DNA from: a virus
IMG/VR virus record: IMGVR_UViG_3300045988_122807
DNA length: 51,093 nucleotides
Strand: one strand, 5' to 3'
Made by a program: the position numbers and the translations under genes. How positions within the stretch are numbered: the first letter of the stretch is position 1; every line of letters starts with the position of its first letter. This document shows positions 47,241 to 51,093 of this stretch, one piece after another. The notes under the pieces are model-generated. The model did not search any database. It saw nothing but the letters and a program-made list of their open reading frames with translations, and was not told where the DNA came from.

Positions 47241-49060
47241 GCACCGGCCAAATCAACCTCCTCGATGAAATTATCGTTGACAACTTCGCGGGCGGTGGTG
47301 GGGCCTCCACTGGCATGGAGCTGGCGACGGGCCGGGTGGTTGACATAGCCATCAACCACGACCCGGACGCAATCCTGATGCACCGCACCAACCACCCCCA
47401 CACCACCCACTACCAGGCCAGTGTTTGGGACGTGGACCCTGTGGAGGTCTGCCGGGGGCGCCCGGTGGGGCTGGCCTGGTTTTCCCCTGACTGTAAGCAC
47501 TTCAGCAAAGCCAAGGGCGGGAAGCCCGTGGACAAGAACATACGGGGGCTTGCCTGGATTGTGCTGCGGTGGGCCGGAACCGTCCGCCCCAGGGTCATCA
47601 TCCTGGAGAATGTGGAGGAGTTCCAGACCTGGGGGCCTGTCCGTAAGGGCAAGCCCGTGAAGAAGCTCACCGGCCAGACCTTCAGGAAATGGCTGGACCA
47701 ACTCCGCAACCTGGGCTACGACGTGGAGTGGCGGGAGCTGGTGGCCGCCGACTATGGAGCCCCCACCACCCGCAAGCGGTTCTTCCTGATTGCCAGGTGT
47801 GACGGGCGGCCCATTGTGTGGCCTACCCCCACCCACGCCCCGGCGGACAGCCCGGAGGTAAAGGCTGGGCTGAGGAAGCCCTGGAGGAGCGCCGCCGAAA
47901 TCATCGACTGGAGCCTCCCCACGCCCTCCATCTTCGATACCAAGGAAAGTATCCGGGAGAAGTATAACCTGGCCGCACAGCGTCCCCTACGGCCCAATAC
48001 GATGGCCCGCGTAGCCCGCGGGGTGGATAAGTTCGTCATCAAGACCGCTTCCCCCTTCCTGGTGGTGGTCAATCACTCGGGGGAGTTCCGGGGGCAGGAC
48101 CCCGGGGAGCCCCTTCAGACCGTGACCGCCAAGCACGGGTATGGGGTGGCTATGCCGGTTATGGTGGCGATAGGGCAGACCGGCGGCGGGAACAGATGCA
48201 GAAGCGTGGAGAGCCCGACGCATACGCAAGTGTCCAAGGCTGAGGAGTGCGTAGCCTCCCCCTTGCTGGCCCCCTGGACAGTGACCAACACCACGAACTC
48301 CACCGGGCACCCTGTCCCTGAGCCCGTGGACACCGCCCGGACCGGGGGCGGCGGGGGCCAGATGTTCCTATCCGCAAGCCTGGTGCAGTACCACACGGAG
48401 CAGGGGGAGCGAGTGAGGGGCCAGGGGCTTGACACCCCTCTCCTGACCGTGGACGCCTCCAACCGCTACGGCCTGTCTGCTGTCTGCCTGGAGAAATACT
48501 ACGGCACGGCCACCGGGCAGGGCGCCGGGGAGCCCCTGCACACCATCACGGCAAAGGACCGCGAGGGGGTGGTGGCCGCCCACATGGTCAAGCTGAAGGG
48601 CACGAACCTGGGCGGCCCTGTATCCGAGCCGGTTCAGACCATCACCGCCGGGGGCGGGCACTTCGGCGTGGTCACGACTATGATTGCCCCTGTATCCCCT
48701 GGGGCTGACCTGAAGAACTGGCCCAAAATCCGGGAGCTGCTGAATACCTATTGCGGATATGGTCTGAAGGAGGACGAGGTCATCTTGTTTCAGATCACTG
48801 GCGGCCTGTACTTCATGGCGGACATTGGCCTCCGTATGCTGACCCCCAGGGAGCTCTACCGGGCCAATGGCTTCCCTGATGACTACATCATCGACCGGGA
48901 CTATACCGGGAAAGAGTACGGGAAGGCCAAGCAGGTGGCGAGGTGCGGGAACGCCGTGCCCCCTCCCTTTGCCACGGCCCTGGTCAGGGCCAACATCCCG
49001 GAATGGTGCGGCCAGACCATCACGACGATGGAAGAACTCGAAAAGGCGGTGGCGGTATGA
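47237..49060 (+). CDS. dcm: DNA (cytosine-5)-methyltransferase with an unusually long variable region
   Basis: Motif I DNFAGGGGAS, motif IV FSPDCKHFS, motif VI ILENV, motif VIII GAPTTRKR, motifs IX/X RMLTPRELYRANGFPDDY...GNAVPPPFA. About 300 aa lie between motifs VIII and IX. Confidence 0.92.
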   Translation: MSTGQINLLDEIIVDNFAGGGGASTGMELATGRVVDIAINHDPDAILMHRTNHPHTTHYQASVWDVDPVEVCRGRPVGLAWFSPDCKHFSKAKGGKPVDKNIRGLAWIVLRWAGTVRPRVIILENVEEFQTWGPVRKGKPVKKLTGQTFRKWLDQLRNLGYDVEWRELVAADYGAPTTRKRFFLIARCDGRPIVWPTPTHAPADSPEVKAGLRKPWRSAAEIIDWSLPTPSIFDTKESIREKYNLAAQRPLRPNTMARVARGVDKFVIKTASPFLVVVNHSGEFRGQDPGEPLQTVTAKHGYGVAMPVMVAIGQTGGGNRCRSVESPTHTQVSKAEECVASPLLAPWTVTNTTNSTGHPVPEPVDTARTGGGGGQMFLSASLVQYHTEQGERVRGQGLDTPLLTVDASNRYGLSAVCLEKYYGTATGQGAGEPLHTITAKDREGVVAAHMVKLKGTNLGGPVSEPVQTITAGGGHFGVVTTMIAPVSPGADLKNWPKIRELLNTYCGYGLKEDEVILFQITGGLYFMADIGLRMLTPRELYRANGFPDDYIIDRDYTGKEYGKAKQVARCGNAVPPPFATALVRANIPEWCGQTITTMEELEKAVAV

Positions 49061-49263
49061 GTAACTTGTGGAGATTTTACGATGGGACCTTTAGCGGCGT
49101 GGTGGTGGCATGGACCGAGAAGGAAGCTCTGGCACGGGCTAATCTCTACCTGAAAATCCACTTCGACGGCTATGAAGAAAGCGCCGGCATGAAAGTATGG
49201 CCCTGCAAGAGTGACGATGACTTTGACGAGGCTGTCCCCTGGGCCCTGGCCGTGTCCTACTGA
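49057..49263 (+). CDS. Small hypothetical protein
   Basis: ATGA overlap with the methyltransferase stop. 68 aa. Confidence 0.45.
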   Translation: MSNLWRFYDGTFSGVVVAWTEKEALARANLYLKIHFDGYEESAGMKVWPCKSDDDFDEAVPWALAVSY

Positions 49264-49279
49264 AGGGAGGGCCCCGCGC

Positions 49280-49633
49280 ATGGCAAAGCAAAGCGGATAC
49301 CTGAAGCGCCAGAAGGCCAGGGACGATGTTCTGGAGCGGGCCTACAAGCAGACATACCAGCAGTACATGACGGATATGTTCATAATCGCCCTGAATGACC
49401 CCGCCGTGATGGGGAAGGACGTGTTGGGGTACAAGCGCCTCATGCGGGTGCTGCTGGCTGTGGAGGCCAACTACGACCGCTTCTTTGATGCCCTGACCAA
49501 GAACGCCGAGGCCGACTATGCCAGGGTGAAGATGGACGCCATCATACAGAATATCTGCCCGCCGGAGAAGTTTATCCCCTTCGAGAAGCGGTATGAATGG
49601 CTTCCGAAGATAACCTACGAACCGAGGAAGTGA
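49280..49633 (+). CDS. Hypothetical protein
   Basis: ATG follows GAAGGGAGGG. 117 aa. Confidence 0.5.
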   Translation: MAKQSGYLKRQKARDDVLERAYKQTYQQYMTDMFIIALNDPAVMGKDVLGYKRLMRVLLAVEANYDRFFDALTKNAEADYARVKMDAIIQNICPPEKFIPFEKRYEWLPKITYEPRK

Positions 49634-49637
49634 GCGC

Positions 49638-50174
49638 ATGACCAAGACAGAGAAGGCCCTTCTCCTCCGCCGACAGAACCAGCTCAACCGGCATCGGGGA
49701 GCCCAGTTCGAGGACCTGATAAGGGCGGCCTGTGACTATTACCGGGGGCGGGGCGTGGCTGACATCGAAAAGACCCCGGAGGAGATGAAGCCCATCAAGA
49801 ATATGGGGAAGGGTCACTTTGTCGCGGTCTATGTGAAGAAGGCCCAGGCAGACTTCAAGGGCTTTCTCCGGGGCGGCCTGGCTGTCAATTTCGAGGCCAA
49901 GCACACTGACACCCCCAGGATGGAGCAGGACCGGGTGACCTCCGAACAGGCCGACCGCCTGGAGAGGGCCTTCAGATATGGGGCCGCCGCCTTTGTGGTC
50001 TGCTCCTTCTCTGGGCAGGACTTCTTCCGGGTCCCCTGGGAAGTCTGGCGAAGCATGAAAGCCCGGTATGGGCACAAATACATAACTGTCCAGGAGGCAG
50101 AGCCCTTTCGGATCACCTTCGGGGGGCCGGGGGTCCTGCTGTTCCTGGAGGGACTGGAGGAGAGAAAATGCTGA
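49638..50174 (+). CDS. recU: RecU-like Holliday junction resolvase
   Basis: RGAQFEDLIRAACDYYRGRGVADIEKTP...ADFKGFLRGGLAVNFEAKHT...EQADRLE...GAAAFVVCSF follows the RecU layout (catalytic D...E.K). Confidence 0.6.
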   Translation: MTKTEKALLLRRQNQLNRHRGAQFEDLIRAACDYYRGRGVADIEKTPEEMKPIKNMGKGHFVAVYVKKAQADFKGFLRGGLAVNFEAKHTDTPRMEQDRVTSEQADRLERAFRYGAAAFVVCSFSGQDFFRVPWEVWRSMKARYGHKYITVQEAEPFRITFGGPGVLLFLEGLEERKC

Positions 50175-50452
50175 TTGTATCCCAAAACAAAACTGTCCTT
50201 CTGAACGTGGACCATATCGTCCGCATTTTCAATGCCGGGTCCGAGGTCCTGGCCGTGGACCTGAACAAGGACACCAATTTGCTGGGGGAATATGAGGACA
50301 CCACTCGCGCCGTGGCTGTTTTAGCTGAAATCGCGGAAGAGTATGCGAAGTATTACAGATGCTCGGGCGGCCCTATCCTTACCCATCCAGGCGGCTATGT
50401 TCAGCCGATGATGTTTGAGCCGCCCAAGCTGTTTAAGATGCCAGAGAAATGA
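50168..50452 (+). CDS. Hypothetical protein
   Basis: ATG follows GGAGGAGAGAAA. 94 aa. Confidence 0.5.
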   Translation: MLIVSQNKTVLLNVDHIVRIFNAGSEVLAVDLNKDTNLLGEYEDTTRAVAVLAEIAEEYAKYYRCSGGPILTHPGGYVQPMMFEPPKLFKMPEK

Positions 50453-50466
50453 GGAGGACGAGAACG

Positions 50467-50718
50467 ATGGAGTTCAGAAAGAAGAAGCCGGAAAAGATGA
50501 GCGACGGGGAGCTGCTTCAGGAGCTCGACAGGATGATTGCCTCGGCTGAGGCCCAGGCCCACCCCAACCCTGCCGCCTCTGCCATCCTGGAGAGCCTGCA
50601 CCCTGCCATGAAAGCGGCCATGCCTGAGACCGTGAAGAAGGCCAAGCAGAACCTTCGAGCCCTGAAGCAGGCCAAGGAGCGGTTGATGGACCTCATGGTG
50701 GAGGTGGCGAAGAAGTGA
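50467..50718 (+). CDS. Hypothetical helical protein
   Basis: ATG at 50467 lies 8 nt after GAGGAGG. 83 aa. Confidence 0.45.
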   Translation: MEFRKKKPEKMSDGELLQELDRMIASAEAQAHPNPAASAILESLHPAMKAAMPETVKKAKQNLRALKQAKERLMDLMVEVAKK

Positions 50719-50954
50719 GCGCACGTCGGGAAAAGCGCCTCCGGGCCCTGGAGCGCCGGGTGTCGGAACTGGAGGGCATTGCCTATATGGGGCTCGTTCC
50801 AGCGCGCCCCCTGGAGAAAAGAGAGCGGGCCGAGGTCATGGACGCTCTGTGGGCACGTCTCCCGGAGCCTGGCCCTGCCCCTGCCTTTAGTGTGGAGACC
50901 GCCTACCGGGGCCTCTGGCAACGGCTGGTGGATATTTTCAGAAAGGACGATTGA
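50715..50954 (+). CDS. Hypothetical protein
   Basis: GTG follows GGAGGTGG. 79 aa. Confidence 0.45.
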   Translation: MSARREKRLRALERRVSELEGIAYMGLVPARPLEKRERAEVMDALWARLPEPGPAPAFSVETAYRGLWQRLVDIFRKDD

Positions 50955-50956
50955 CC

Positions 50957-51093
50957 ATGAAACAGTACATCGGAACCAAGCTCATTGAGGCTGAGCCCGC
51001 ATACCGTGTGCGGAACCCTGGGGGCGACTACCAAATCACCACTGATGCGCGGGAGGCCTTCACCAATTTTGCTGAGGTGGAGGACGGGTACAG
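50957..51093 (+). CDS. 5' part of the junction-spanning DUF2829/Tad2-like gene (continues at base 78 after removing the overlap; same gene as 1-408)
   Basis: ATG at 50957. MKQYIGTKLIEAEPAYRVRNPGGDYQITTDAREAFTNFAEVEDGY..., in frame with 1-408 through the 77-bp overlap. Full product about 155 aa. Confidence 0.75.
   Translation, partial: MKQYIGTKLIEAEPAYRVRNPGGDYQITTDAREAFTNFAEVEDGY
51017..51093 (+). repeat. Terminal overlap copy 2 (identical to 1-77)
   Basis: Identical bases to 1-77. Confidence 0.9.

Larger units (their letters stand above)
1..51093. mobile_element. Complete circular temperate phage genome (contractile tail, HK97-fold capsid), unique length 51,016 bp
   Basis: A full set of lysogeny, early/replication, packaging, head, tail and lysis modules is present. 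The ends overlap by 77 identical bases, and a gene reads through the junction in frame. Confidence 0.9.

Noticed and set aside
1-51093. tRNA genes, rRNA, CRISPR arrays, transposases or IS elements
   Set aside because: I scanned all gaps longer than 60 bp (689-761, 1284-1456, 25706-25936, 26584-26983, 31265-31743, 34077-34356, 34762-34907, 39915-39998). I saw no cloverleaf-compatible sequence, no regularly spaced repeats and no transposase-like ORF. This was an eye scan only and should be confirmed with tRNAscan-SE/ARAGORN.

Overview
The window is one complete, circularly closed genome of a temperate, contractile-tailed (myovirus-type) dsDNA phage. Bases 1-77 are identical to 51017-51093, which looks like an assembler overlap, so the unique length is 51,016 bp. 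The sequence is GC-rich by eye and has AGGAGG-type ribosome-binding sites. That suggests a Clostridia/Oscillospiraceae-like Firmicute host, but this is inference only. Almost all genes are on the + strand, and the long minus-strand ORFs are antisense shadows. Order on the + strand: (1) a late activator (ArpU/RinA-like) and a late promoter with four phased GTGCAAT repeats. (2) A three-gene ParB-like / GT-A glycosyltransferase-like / radical-SAM module sitting directly in front of the terminase. (3) terS, terL, a portal-MuF fusion, an HK97-type protease and capsid, then head-tail, sheath, tube, chaperone, tape measure and a baseplate with a PAAR-capped spike. (4) A tail fibre whose C-terminal tip is the variable repeat of a complete diversity-generating retroelement (RHH gene, avd, template repeat, reverse transcriptase). 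All 13 VR/TR mismatches fall on TR adenines. (5) A lysis cassette with an LL-H-type holin and an amidase_2 endolysin. (6) A lysogeny module: tyrosine integrase (-), HigB/HigA-like toxin-antitoxin pair, an unknown Cys/His protein (-), an XRE repressor (-) and back-to-back switch promoters. (7) An early region of many small ORFs, six of which share a near-identical GGAGAAATAACCATG translation-initiation cassette. It also holds YqaJ exonuclease, RecT, a DnaD-like protein, a secreted SleB-like hydrolase, a small GNAT-like protein, MazG, DUF6011, DUF5131 (Gp37/Gp68), a 607-aa C5-cytosine methyltransferase with a five-fold reiterated target-recognition-like motif, and RecU. (8) A DUF2829/Tad2-like (anti-Thoeris family) gene spans the circular junction. 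I found no tRNA, rRNA or CRISPR array. The most promising undescribed candidate is the ParB / GT-A / radical-SAM module in the late operon. All family assignments rest on motifs read by eye and recalled family signatures. No database search was run.
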